Shown: positions 28,827-37,775 of the stretch, piece by piece
Layout: each line of letters opens with the position of its first letter
Numbering within the stretch: the first letter of the stretch is position 1
NCBI GenBank assembly: GCA_964394465.1
Contig: CAYMXS010000005.1
Coordinates: 5,674-69,673, forward strand
Reading direction: 5' to 3'
Source: an uncultured Thermoplasmata archaeon
GTDB taxonomy: Archaea > Thermoplasmatota > Thermoplasmata > Halarchaeoplasmatales > Halarchaeoplasmataceae
DNA length: 64,000 nucleotides
The notes under the pieces: model-generated
Told to the model about the DNA's origin: nothing
Seen by the model: only the letters and a program-made list of their open reading frames with translations
The model's database searches: none
Made by a program: the position numbers and the translations under genes

Positions 28827-30542
28827 ATGATGAGAGAAGAGGATAGATCAGAAACATATCCGATAAAAAGGATAGACGATCCGCAACAGCGTCTAGTGTA
28901 TCTAAAAAAGCCCCTCTTAGTTATCATTGTACTCGTACTTCTGTTCTCTGTCTTTATCTCTCCAGTGTTTTGTAATCTTACTGACGGGTCGAACCAGGAG
29001 CAGAGACCCACTGTCAAGGTCGGGATATATGATGACTATCCCGTGGTTTATTCCAAGGATGGAAAGGCTAAAGGTATCTATGTGGAGATACTAGAAAAGG
29101 TAGCCAAAGAAGAGAACTGGAAAATAGAATATATAAATCAGAACTGGGAACGTTCTCTCCAGCTTTTGGAAAACGGAAGTATAGACATCATGACGGGCAT
29201 CGCCTACAGCCAGGAGAGGACGGATAGGTTCAAATTCTCTAAAGAGACGGTATTATCCAACTGGGGACAGGTCTACATTCAACAGAATTCCAATATCGAA
29301 TCGTTCGAAGACCTGGAGAGTAAAAAGATAGCTGGCATGGAAGGAGACGTGTACTATGAAGGGGAGAAGGGGATCAAAAACCTGTTGGAACGTTTCAACA
29401 TAAATGCAACATTTGTTGAGTATCAGGAAAATTCTCAAGTCCTTAAGGCTATCGAAAACGGGAGCGCAGATGCTGGGGTGGTCACCCGACTCTACGGAGA
29501 GCGGAAGGAAAGCAGTTTTTCAGTGGAAAAAAGCCCCATTATCTTCAGTCCTACAGAACTTCGCTTTGCTTTCCCAAAGAATAGTGATTCCGATCATCTC
29601 ATGGAGAGGATAGACGAAAATTTGAGAGAGATGAAAAAGAACCCTGATTCGACTTACTACCGGGCACTGGAGCAATACCTTTCTAGTGGCTCCGATGAAG
29701 GAGGAGGACAAAAACACGTGATGCCGATTTGGGCCGAGCAATTATTGTTCATAGGTGGCATTCTACTAGGATTTTTAGCCTTGATTTCCGTCATATTCAG
29801 GAGACAGCTAAAGAAGAAAACCGAGGAGTTAGGCAAGATAAATATAAGGTTGAACGAGCATATCAGGGAGAAAGAGGAAGCGGAGAAGAGGGAGGAATTC
29901 TTCCATACTCTTCTAAGACAGGATCTGAGAAGCAAGACCCAGCTTTCTCTTGGATACTTGAACCTACTGGAGGAACATCTAGATAAAAAGGAGCTCTCTG
30001 AAGAAGAAAGAGAGGTATTGGAAAAGGCCAAAGATAATACATTGGACGGATTGAACCTGATTCACCAGGTCAAACAGGTCAGAGCCGTAGAGAACATGGA
30101 AGGCAGAGGAAAGATCAAGCTCCAGAAGGTCATCGGAGATGCTTTGGAGGATAACGAAAACCTCTTAAAAAGAAAAAATGTAGAGATAAAACTTGAAGAG
30201 GACGACCCTATAATCGAAGGAAACTATTACCTTTCAGACCTTTTCTCTAACTTCATAAGGATGAGAGCGAGCGATAAATCCTGCAACATGATCGACATAA
30301 GAATAGTGGAGAAAAAGAAAAAAGTATTCGTCACGATGGATGATGACGGGAGAAAGTTCCCTAAAGATATGAAAAAGGACATAATGAATAGACCTTACAA
30401 CGGAAGGACGACCGGCTTCGGGGGCATACGGTTCTATCTCGCTCGAAGGATCGCCGATAAAGAGGATATAGATATCAAATTGAAGGACTCGAGCATGGGG
30501 GGCGGAAGGATAGAGATATGGCTGGATAAACCGACGGACTGA
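28827..30542 (+). CDS. Sensor histidine kinase with an extracytoplasmic solute-binding (SBP family 3-like) domain
   Basis: N-terminal TM, then a periplasmic binding-protein-like region of about 240 aa (VKVGIYDDYPVVY...), a second TM, a coiled coil with FHTLLRQDLRSK (H-box-like), and a C-terminal GFGGIRFYLARRI G-box. Confidence 0.7.
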   Translation: MMREEDRSETYPIKRIDDPQQRLVYLKKPLLVIIVLVLLFSVFISPVFCNLTDGSNQEQRPTVKVGIYDDYPVVYSKDGKAKGIYVEILEKVAKEENWKIEYINQNWERSLQLLENGSIDIMTGIAYSQERTDRFKFSKETVLSNWGQVYIQQNSNIESFEDLESKKIAGMEGDVYYEGEKGIKNLLERFNINATFVEYQENSQVLKAIENGSADAGVVTRLYGERKESSFSVEKSPIIFSPTELRFAFPKNSDSDHLMERIDENLREMKKNPDSTYYRALEQYLSSGSDEGGGQKHVMPIWAEQLLFIGGILLGFLALISVIFRRQLKKKTEELGKINIRLNEHIREKEEAEKREEFFHTLLRQDLRSKTQLSLGYLNLLEEHLDKKELSEEEREVLEKAKDNTLDGLNLIHQVKQVRAVENMEGRGKIKLQKVIGDALEDNENLLKRKNVEIKLEEDDPIIEGNYYLSDLFSNFIRMRASDKSCNMIDIRIVEKKKKVFVTMDDDGRKFPKDMKKDIMNRPYNGRTTGFGGIRFYLARRIADKEDIDIKLKDSSMGGGRIEIWLDKPTD

Positions 30543-30603
30543 AGGTAAAAGAGTCGATTGCCATTAAGAAATTTCTTATATCGCGTTTCCCTTTTTATAG
30601 ACG

Positions 30604-33600
30604 ATGATCTCCTCAACGGGTAGAGAAAGGATACTGCTGCTTCTCCAGAACTTCTCGGATATCGAAAAACGGAAGGAGGTGCCTTACCACACATCTCAGG
30701 CCGGCATATCAGAAGGCGTTGACCTATCACAGACCAGAGTGAGCAGATTGATGAAGGACATGATAGAGGATGACCAGATCAAAGAGCTCAAAAAACACGT
30801 GAAGGGCCTGAAGCGGAGAAGGAAGGTCTACGGTTTGACTCATCAGGGAGAGCGGAAAGCTGGGGATATCAGAGAGAAACTTATGGATGAAAAAGTTTCC
30901 ATCAGAACGAGTTCTGGGAAAAAAGAGATCAGACTCGAAGAGATAGACAGTTATATCGATTCTAGGTACCCCACTGTGGAGGCATTAGTTCGCCTTGAAG
31001 AGAGAGATATTATAGATACGAGCGAGGAGAAAAAGAAAAGAGAAGATGTGTTCGTTGGAAGGAAAGAAGAGCTTGGAGAACTTATCTCCTCAATAGAAAA
31101 CGTGGAAGAGATAGGATGCTCGGTCGTCTTCATCCAGGGTGAAGCGGGGATAGGAAAAACAAGGCTGGTCTCTGAGTTCAAAATGCATGCGGCAGAGAGG
31201 GGTTTTAACTTCCTTGTCGGGAACTCTTATTATGAATCCTCCGACCCTTATCTGCCCTTGAAAGAAGCATTCCAAGAGTATATGGATAGGAGCTTCGAGG
31301 GTTATGATGAAGGTCTGGTCTCTAGTCTTGTAGACCTGACTAGAGAGGGACCGAGGCCCGAGGATAGAAAGATGTTCGATGCCCAGAGGAAATCGGCTTT
31401 CTATGAGAGTACACAGGAGGTCAAGAAGATAGCTGAAAAAAACCCTCTAGTCATATTTCTAGATGATCTACAGTGGGCAGACAGAGCCTCTCTAGAGATC
31501 TTTCATTACATGATCCAGCACCTGAAAGACGCTCCGGTCCTTTTCATCGGTGCCTTCAGGCCAGAGGAGATCGGCCGAGAACATCCACTCTCGGAGGTGC
31601 TTCAAAGGATATCCTATTCGGAGAGAGAACGATCAAAGAAGATCGAGCTAGACAGGCTTGGAGAAGGGGAAACAAGAGAGATAATAGAGGGACTGGTTGA
31701 CAGTGAAGATGTATCCGAAGGTTTCGTCGATCTACTACATTCTAGGTCAGAAGGTAATCCCCTTTTCATTAAGGAATGCGTAGGGGAGATGCAGGAGAAC
31801 GGGAGCCTAGACCCTGTTGAAGGTAGATATCCATCTTCAGAAGATGATTTCAGCATACCGTCGCTGATCAAGGATATAATCTCTAGGCGGGTAGACCGAC
31901 TGGACAGAGAGACGAGAAAGATACTGCAGGTCGGGAGTGTGATCGGAGAGAAGGTTCCCTTTCCGATACTCCTGGAGACATCAGGGATGGACGAACTTGA
32001 TATGCTGGACCATATAGACATACTGCAGGAAAGCAGACTCTGGATAGAGGATCCAGACGAAGAGAGGTTGGACTTCACCCATGAGTTAGTCCGGAACTCA
32101 GTCTATCAGGATATTCCCGAGCCGGTCAAACTCTCTCTGCATGAAAAAGTAGCAGGAAAGATCGAGTCAATATACGAGGAGCGGTTGAACGAATTCTATT
32201 CAGATTTGGGCTACCATTATAAGAAGGCTGACATCTCCATGAGCTCATTCAAGTATTATCTTAAAGCGGCTGAGGAAGCCGAGAATGTATACGCTCATGA
32301 GAACGCCATCGATTTTTATGATGAAGCTCTAGATATAGCCCCTGATGAAGAGGACCGATTGAACGCGTTAGAGGGTCTGAGCGATGTTAACCGGGTATTG
32401 GGGGAGTATGAAACGGCAAGAGGATACCTAGAGGAAGGCCTAGAAATCACAGAGAGTATCGAAACGAAACAGCGTCTTTATCGAAAACTGGGAAAGACCT
32501 GGGAAAGACAGAGCCAATATGATAAAGGCTTGGAGATGATCGAAAGGGGGTTGAACCTTTCAAACAAGAGAAACCTAGAACGGTCAAGGCTGCTTTCCAA
32601 CAGAGGTTGGATGATGATGAGGATGAGGGAATACGAAGAAGCAGTGGAGGCCATAGAAGAGGGAAAGGATATAGCAGAGGACCTGAACGATAAGAGACAG
32701 ATAGCTCAATGTCTACATCACCTTGGTTCGGTCTTGTTTTACGAAGCGAAGTTCGATAAAGCTCTAGATAATTTAAGTCGCTCTCTGGAACTTAGAGAGG
32801 AGACGGAGGAAGAAAGGGAGCGGGCGGCCACCCTAAATAATATCGGAGCCATCTATGGACAGTTGAACGAATTGGGCAAGGCTTTAGAGCATCACGAAAA
32901 GGCCTTGGAGATCAGAAAAAGGATAGGAGACAAATCCGGTATATCGGGCTCTCTGAACAATCTAGGAGTGATACATTTCAACAGATCCGAGTATGAACAG
33001 GCTATCGACTATTTTGAAGAGAGCCTTGAACTTACTAGGAGGATAGGAGACAGATCTGGCGTCGCCTTCGCTCTCAATAACATAGGCATGGTCAGCCTTG
33101 AAAGAGGAGAGCCTGAAGAAGCTGCAAAACGGTTCAAAAAGAGCATCGAGGTCTGTGACGAGATAGACGATAAGCTCACTAAGGCCGGTTCTTTGAACAA
33201 CCTCGGGTTATATCATCATTCGATGGGAGAACTCGACCAGGCTTTAGACTTGCTCAAAGATAGCCTGGGGATACGGGAAAAAGTGGGTGACCAGAGTGGT
33301 AAAGCATCCTCTCTAGCCAATATCGGAGATGCCCTCTATGAAAAACAAAAATATGACGAATCTGAAAAAAATTATGAGAAGAGTTTGAAGATATGCAGGG
33401 AGCTAGGTGATATGGAGCAACTGGTCAACGGCCTACAGGGCCTTGCAAAGGTGAAGGCCAAGAATGATGAAAATGAGAAGGCATTGGAAATCATAGAAGA
33501 AGCCATAGAGACCAGTGGAAAGTTAGATTCCCCAGAAAAGGAAAAGACCAGCTACTTGGTCAGATCACTCATAAACCGGAAGAAAGGCGATCTTGAGAAA

Positions 33601-33816
33601 GCCAAAGAGGATATAGAGAAAACTAAAGCCTCGGTCTCCAAAGATGATCGTGATGTATGGGGCAAGATTCGCTTCCATGAAGGCTTGGTTCTCAAAGAAT
33701 TGGGGTCCAAGATGGAGGCAAAAGAGAGGCTAAAAGAGGCCGTCGACCTGTTCCAAAAGAGGGGGATGAAACTCTGGGCAGACAAAACGAAAGAGGAGTT
33801 GGATAGCCTTGGTTAG
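30604..33816 (+). CDS. STAND-type NTPase with N-terminal winged HTH and C-terminal TPR array (MalT/AAA_16-like regulator)
   Basis: wHTH-like first 100 aa or so. Walker A GEAGIGKTRL, Walker B VIFLDDLQWAD. At least 10 TPR units with a recurring LNN(I/L)G...Y...A pattern. 1070 aa. Confidence 0.8.
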   Translation: MISSTGRERILLLLQNFSDIEKRKEVPYHTSQAGISEGVDLSQTRVSRLMKDMIEDDQIKELKKHVKGLKRRRKVYGLTHQGERKAGDIREKLMDEKVSIRTSSGKKEIRLEEIDSYIDSRYPTVEALVRLEERDIIDTSEEKKKREDVFVGRKEELGELISSIENVEEIGCSVVFIQGEAGIGKTRLVSEFKMHAAERGFNFLVGNSYYESSDPYLPLKEAFQEYMDRSFEGYDEGLVSSLVDLTREGPRPEDRKMFDAQRKSAFYESTQEVKKIAEKNPLVIFLDDLQWADRASLEIFHYMIQHLKDAPVLFIGAFRPEEIGREHPLSEVLQRISYSERERSKKIELDRLGEGETREIIEGLVDSEDVSEGFVDLLHSRSEGNPLFIKECVGEMQENGSLDPVEGRYPSSEDDFSIPSLIKDIISRRVDRLDRETRKILQVGSVIGEKVPFPILLETSGMDELDMLDHIDILQESRLWIEDPDEERLDFTHELVRNSVYQDIPEPVKLSLHEKVAGKIESIYEERLNEFYSDLGYHYKKADISMSSFKYYLKAAEEAENVYAHENAIDFYDEALDIAPDEEDRLNALEGLSDVNRVLGEYETARGYLEEGLEITESIETKQRLYRKLGKTWERQSQYDKGLEMIERGLNLSNKRNLERSRLLSNRGWMMMRMREYEEAVEAIEEGKDIAEDLNDKRQIAQCLHHLGSVLFYEAKFDKALDNLSRSLELREETEEERERAATLNNIGAIYGQLNELGKALEHHEKALEIRKRIGDKSGISGSLNNLGVIHFNRSEYEQAIDYFEESLELTRRIGDRSGVAFALNNIGMVSLERGEPEEAAKRFKKSIEVCDEIDDKLTKAGSLNNLGLYHHSMGELDQALDLLKDSLGIREKVGDQSGKASSLANIGDALYEKQKYDESEKNYEKSLKICRELGDMEQLVNGLQGLAKVKAKNDENEKALEIIEEAIETSGKLDSPEKEKTSYLVRSLINRKKGDLEKAKEDIEKTKASVSKDDRDVWGKIRFHEGLVLKELGSKMEAKERLKEAVDLFQKRGMKLWADKTKEELDSLG

Positions 33817-33839
33817 GATAAGATTGATAAAACAGGCTC

Positions 33840-33851
33840 AAATTATATATG
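33840..33851 (+). promoter_or_regulatory. TATA-like box upstream of the receiver-PAS gene
   Basis: aaattatatatg lies about 35-40 nt upstream of ATG 33884. SD gaggtga at 33871-33877. Confidence 0.4.
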
Positions 33852-33883
33852 TGATAAATTTAATTTAATAGAGGTGAGTCGAG

Positions 33884-34816
33884 ATGAGAGTGCTATTGAT
33901 CGATGACGAGGAGTTCATTCTTAGCAGGATTAAATCTGGCCTCGAGGAGATAGATGATTTTGATCTTGAAGTGGACACCTCTCTTAAGGCCAAGAACGCC
34001 CTAGATAAAGTCAAAGAAAACGGGTATGTCGCCGTGGTCTCAGACTATATGTTGGAGGATATGGACGGGCTGGAATTGCTGAAAGAATTGAAACAGATCA
34101 GAGAAGATATCCCATTCATCCTTTTGACCGGAAAAGGACATGAAGATGTGGCCATGGAAGCGCTGAATCTTGGAGCCGAAAGATACCTGACGAAGGAGAA
34201 AGCGGCGGAGTCTGGCTTTAAAAGATTGGCTGAAGCTATAAACGACGTTGTCGAGAGAAAAGAGATCACGAAGGAGTTGAAGAAAAAGGAACAGATGTAC
34301 AGGACAGTTTTCGAGAACACTGGTACAGCGATCGCTCTCATCGATGACGATTTCAATATATCGGTCGCGAACAGAAAATTCCATAAGCTGATCGGTTTCT
34401 ATGAGGAGGATGTAACAGGAAGGTCCCTGTTGGATTTCATAGTCGAAGAGGATAGGAAAAGGATAAAAGACTATACTAGGGAACAGCAAGAGGAAACAGA
34501 CGAAATGCCCAGACACATAGATATGCAGTTGAAAACCAAACACGATGACCTGATACATGTACTCGGGAGGATTAGTTCTATCCCGGACACGAACAAGAGT
34601 CTGGTATCATATATAGATATGAGTGAGAGAAAGGAGTTCAAGGACATATACAAGATGATGTCCGCGAAGGAACTCGATGAACAGCTAGAATATCTCTCTT
34701 CAAAGGTTCAACGTCTTAAGGACTCCGATATCTCTCAGGAACAGACAGACATAATAAAAGAGGTCGAATCAACGGTGAAAAAGATTATGAATATATGTGA
34801 AGAGGCAAAACGATAG
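33884..34816 (+). CDS. Response regulator: receiver plus PAS domain, no recognisable DNA-binding output
   Basis: VLLIDDEEF and VVSDYMLEDMDG receiver motifs. PAS-like region (YRTVFENTGTAIALIDDDFNI...). Coiled-coil tail. Confidence 0.8.
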   Translation: MRVLLIDDEEFILSRIKSGLEEIDDFDLEVDTSLKAKNALDKVKENGYVAVVSDYMLEDMDGLELLKELKQIREDIPFILLTGKGHEDVAMEALNLGAERYLTKEKAAESGFKRLAEAINDVVERKEITKELKKKEQMYRTVFENTGTAIALIDDDFNISVANRKFHKLIGFYEEDVTGRSLLDFIVEEDRKRIKDYTREQQEETDEMPRHIDMQLKTKHDDLIHVLGRISSIPDTNKSLVSYIDMSERKEFKDIYKMMSAKELDEQLEYLSSKVQRLKDSDISQEQTDIIKEVESTVKKIMNICEEAKR

Positions 34817-34819
34817 GAG

Positions 34820-35218
34820 CTAATCTATAAAGTACTTCAACATGTGGATATATTCCTTTATTATCCCCGCCTTGGCGTTCTCGATTGCCTTTTCAGCTTT
34901 CTCTGCACCGTATAGGTCTTCAAAGGCGGGATAGAGGTTCTTGAATCCCTCAACATCCAGGTTCTCAACTATACCTCGCTTTATAGATCGAGGTATCTCC
35001 GGACCATGATCTTTCATATACTGAGTATAGATGACTCCTCTGGTATGTATATCGTAATCTATGGCCTTGTCGAACCTGATCAACCTCCTAAAGGTGTTGT
35101 ATCTAACCCCCCTTAGACAGACCCGGGTGTCCTGCCTATACATCTCCCGTAGATATTCGTTGGTCAGGTCCTCTCGATCCTGCTCGTTCATCTTCAATTT
35201 AGAATGTCCTTCTGACAT
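34820..35218 (-). CDS. Hypothetical protein
   Basis: 132-aa ORF with coding-like composition and no recognised motif. Confidence 0.4.
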   Translation of the reverse strand: MSEGHSKLKMNEQDREDLTNEYLREMYRQDTRVCLRGVRYNTFRRLIRFDKAIDYDIHTRGVIYTQYMKDHGPEIPRSIKRGIVENLDVEGFKNLYPAFEDLYGAEKAEKAIENAKAGIIKEYIHMLKYFID

Positions 35219-35330
35219 TTATATTCATCGGTTAATCCTTAATTAAATCACTATCAGTCATACTTTAAAATCGGATTTTTAGACACTAGTCTGCAGCAAA
35301 ATATTTTTGTGAGGAGTTAAATCAGCGTAC

Positions 35331-35816
35331 ATGCAAAACCTCTTAGATGAGAAGCTAACGAAGAAGAGCTGGGAAAACTACGTCTTGCAGAGTTCACTAG
35401 CAGCTCTGGTTCTTTACATCGGCCTCAAACTGCCATTCATGAGTGACGCGGTCATAATCGCGGCTATAGGTTCCACAGCGTTCATCGTCTTCGCCATGCC
35501 GAGCAGTAAAACCTCCAAGCCCAGAAACGTGTTGGGCGGTCACTTCGTGTGTGGCCTCATCGGTCTTTTCGCTAACGCAGTCTTCACGGAATTCATCCCT
35601 TTAGTACCATCTATCAGCATAGGTGTCGGACTCGCGATCTTCTTTATGGTGGTACTAGATGTCGAACATCCACCGGCTGGAGGAACGGTCATATTCCTCA
35701 CCATGACGCCCAATCTTCGACCTTTCATATCCCTTCTTTTACTAGCTAGTATCTTGAGCCTGATCTCTTACAGCATGAAACACTTCATGGGCTCGTATCT
35801 TAAAGACCTGGTCTAG
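35331..35816 (+). CDS. HPP family membrane protein
   Basis: Four TM segments and the EHPPAGGT motif. Confidence 0.75.
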   Translation: MQNLLDEKLTKKSWENYVLQSSLAALVLYIGLKLPFMSDAVIIAAIGSTAFIVFAMPSSKTSKPRNVLGGHFVCGLIGLFANAVFTEFIPLVPSISIGVGLAIFFMVVLDVEHPPAGGTVIFLTMTPNLRPFISLLLLASILSLISYSMKHFMGSYLKDLV

Positions 35817-35865
35817 GTTCAGCACTTCTTTTCCCGTCGATGGCAACGAAGAATATATAAGTTGG

Positions 35866-36201
35866 ATGTCTTATTGTACAATCGATACTTTGAGTGAAGA
35901 CGAAGATGAAGTTGTTAGGGTGCCCTATCCAAGAAGAAACGAGGGTCAGATGTTCGCAGTAGCCGATAAGATGCTGGGAGGAGCTAGAGTCAGGGTCATC
36001 TGTGAAGATGGGGAATCACGTTTGGGCCGGATACCAGGTAAGATGAAGAAGAGGATGTGGATCAGAGAAGGCGACCTGCTCATAATCAAGCCATGGGATT
36101 TCCAGGACGAGAAATGTGATATAGAATACAGATATACCAGGACGCAGGTCAGTTACCTCCAGAAGAAGAACGAGATACCCGATGAGATAGACGTTTTCTA
36201 G
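35866..36201 (+). CDS. eif1a: Translation initiation factor aIF-1A
   Basis: VRVPYPRRNEGQ...MLGGARVRVICEDG...GRIPGKMKKRMWIREGDLLI is the S1-like aIF1A fold. The start is uncertain: a TATA-like gaatatataag lies only about 10 nt upstream of ATG 35866, and an in-frame TTG at 35890 is an alternative. Confidence 0.9.
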   Translation: MSYCTIDTLSEDEDEVVRVPYPRRNEGQMFAVADKMLGGARVRVICEDGESRLGRIPGKMKKRMWIREGDLLIIKPWDFQDEKCDIEYRYTRTQVSYLQKKNEIPDEIDVF

Positions 36202-36262
36202 CACTTTTTGCAAAGACTCAGAAGGGGAAAAAGTTTAATATAGCAATCTTAATATTCAAAAC

Positions 36263-36433
36263 ATGCGAAGAGACCTCATGAACATCCTTAGATGCCCGAA
36301 GTGTAAAAAGGAACTAGAGTTGACCGTGGAAAAGGAGAACGATGAGATCGAAGAGGGAACCCTGTACTGTGAATCCTGCAAGATAGAGTACCCTATCCAA
36401 GAGGGTATCCCGAACATGATAATCGAAGAGTGA
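36263..36433 (+). CDS. trm112: Trm112-like small zinc-ribbon protein
   Basis: 56-aa ORF absent from the supplied track: MRRDLMNILRCPKCKKEL...LYCESCKIEYPIQEGIPNMI. This is the Trm112/UPF0434 signature. Confidence 0.75.
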   Translation: MRRDLMNILRCPKCKKELELTVEKENDEIEEGTLYCESCKIEYPIQEGIPNMIIEE

Positions 36434-36472
36434 TATCAAGTGATATCAAGGTGTTGATCCATCTTAGGATCT

Positions 36473-36967
36473 CTAAATATAGTCCTTCTGAATCTCGACT
36501 ATCTCCTCGCTGTTTTCTGCCTCTTTGTACTCTTCTAAAGGCTCCTCGTTCATCTGGAAAAAATGCTCTCCCCAGTTGAACCTAGACAGTATCTCTTTAC
36601 TCTGATCTTCTTCGCCGAGTATGTAGAGAGCTCCAGCTAAGGCTTCCACGGTCGTCAGTTGGAAGGGCTTACCGTAATTCACTGGGTTGACGGCTACGAG
36701 GTAAGGCAGAGCTCTCTCGTTGTCGAAGCGCGGTATCTCCTCGTCGGCTCCTTCCCATGTGCAGTCTATGGCTCTGATGCCACCCTGCTGAGCAGTTTCT
36801 TTATCCTCCGGAGACAGAGCCCTCTCCGCAAGGGGCGAGAGATAGACCCCTCCTTTGCCCAGCCCGTCTTCATATTTTAACTTCTCCGCGTAGTCCTCTC
36901 TGATCAGTTTCTTTGCTGTGCACTTCCTCGGGTCGCACTCCCTTCGATCGAAAATATACAGTTCCAT
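36473..36967 (-). CDS. tsr3: Tsr3-type SSU rRNA aminocarboxypropyltransferase (DUF367)
   Basis: ECDPRKCTAKKL N-terminal motif and overall length of 164 aa. Confidence 0.8.
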   Translation of the reverse strand: MELYIFDRRECDPRKCTAKKLIREDYAEKLKYEDGLGKGGVYLSPLAERALSPEDKETAQQGGIRAIDCTWEGADEEIPRFDNERALPYLVAVNPVNYGKPFQLTTVEALAGALYILGEEDQSKEILSRFNWGEHFFQMNEEPLEEYKEAENSEEIVEIQKDYI

Positions 36968-37040
36968 CTTGTTCCACCATCAATAGGCATAGATAATAAA
37001 TCATTCGGATTTTGACCCGATGACTTAGAGAAAGGGCACA

Positions 37041-37050
37041 AAATATATGA
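37041..37050 (+). promoter_or_regulatory. TATA-like box for the C/D sRNA candidate
   Basis: aaatatatga is centred about 26 nt upstream of the first base of the predicted terminal stem (37073). Confidence 0.45.
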
Positions 37051-37072
37051 ATATCCTTCGTCATCTTCGAAG

Positions 37073-37130
37073 GCCCGATGATGAAGAATCCAAAACTGAC
37101 TGATGATGATTGATGGGCAGTCTGATGGGC
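37073..37130 (+). ncRNA. C/D box sRNA candidate (2'-O-methylation guide)
   Basis: GCCC-g-ATGATGA(C, 37078-84)-11 nt-CTGA(D', 37096-99)-ctg-ATGATGA(C', 37103-09)-12 nt-CTGA(D, 37122-25)-t-GGGC. The terminal 4-bp stem pairs 37073-76 with 37127-30. An A/T box aaaatatatg sits about 26 nt upstream. Confidence 0.7.
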
Positions 37131-37140
37131 ATAAATATCG

Positions 37141-37764
37141 GTGGAAAGGATGGTAACAGGTTTCGACTTACTGCACCACAACAAGCACCTGCAGAAGCAC
37201 TGGGTCAGCAGGGTCATAGCCTTCTTTATAGACCTGCTCATATCGTCGATGCTGGTCTGGGTCTTTTTCGTTTTGTTCTCATTGGGGATCTTTCATTACC
37301 TCTTCTGGTACCTGCCCTTCGCCGCAGGACTGTTCCAGGTATTCTATTCCGCCATCCTGGAGTACTGGAAAGGGAAGACCATCGGTAAATTACTTCTCGA
37401 CCTCGAGATAGAGCCCCTGAGAGAGAACCTGTATTTCTCCGAAACGGTCATAAGGAACTTCAGCAAGATTCACGGTCTCTTCTTACTCATTGACTGGGTC
37501 CTTGGGATGATGACTGAGGGAGATCCGAGACAGCGTTACCTGGACAGGGTGGCCGATACGACCGTTATAGGCGGCGAAGAGCCCAAAAAAGTAGAACATT
37601 ACCTATCAGAGCATCTTCTCAGAGATGAAGATGAGGCAGAGGAGAAAGAGGAAGGTACTGTAGACTCAGGCGAGGAGAAGAGAGAATGCAGGGAATGCGG
37701 CGGAGAACTGAAGGATATAGGAGAAGGTAAGGCCAGATGTACCGAATGCGGCAGGATCCAATAA
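37141..37764 (+). CDS. RDD family membrane protein with a C-terminal zinc ribbon
   Basis: RVIAFFIDLLISS RDD-type N-terminus and 3 TM segments. Acidic linker, then CRECGG...CTECG. Likely start at ATG 37150. Confidence 0.65.
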   Translation: MERMVTGFDLLHHNKHLQKHWVSRVIAFFIDLLISSMLVWVFFVLFSLGIFHYLFWYLPFAAGLFQVFYSAILEYWKGKTIGKLLLDLEIEPLRENLYFSETVIRNFSKIHGLFLLIDWVLGMMTEGDPRQRYLDRVADTTVIGGEEPKKVEHYLSEHLLRDEDEAEEKEEGTVDSGEEKRECRECGGELKDIGEGKARCTECGRIQ

Positions 37765-37775
37765 ACTAAAAGATC

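Noticed and set aside
30604-33816. Possibility that the STAND-TPR protein is an Avs-like antiviral sensor
   Set aside because: The N-terminal module looks like a winged HTH rather than a nuclease, protease or other effector. The neighbours are two-component signalling genes, and no other defence genes are nearby. A MalT-like regulator is the more economical reading, but it is not proven.
36431-36450. Direct tandem duplication tgatatcaag x2 between the convergent trm112 and tsr3 genes
   Set aside because: There are only two 10-nt copies and the first overlaps the trm112 stop codon. This is most simply a slippage duplication, with no evident function.
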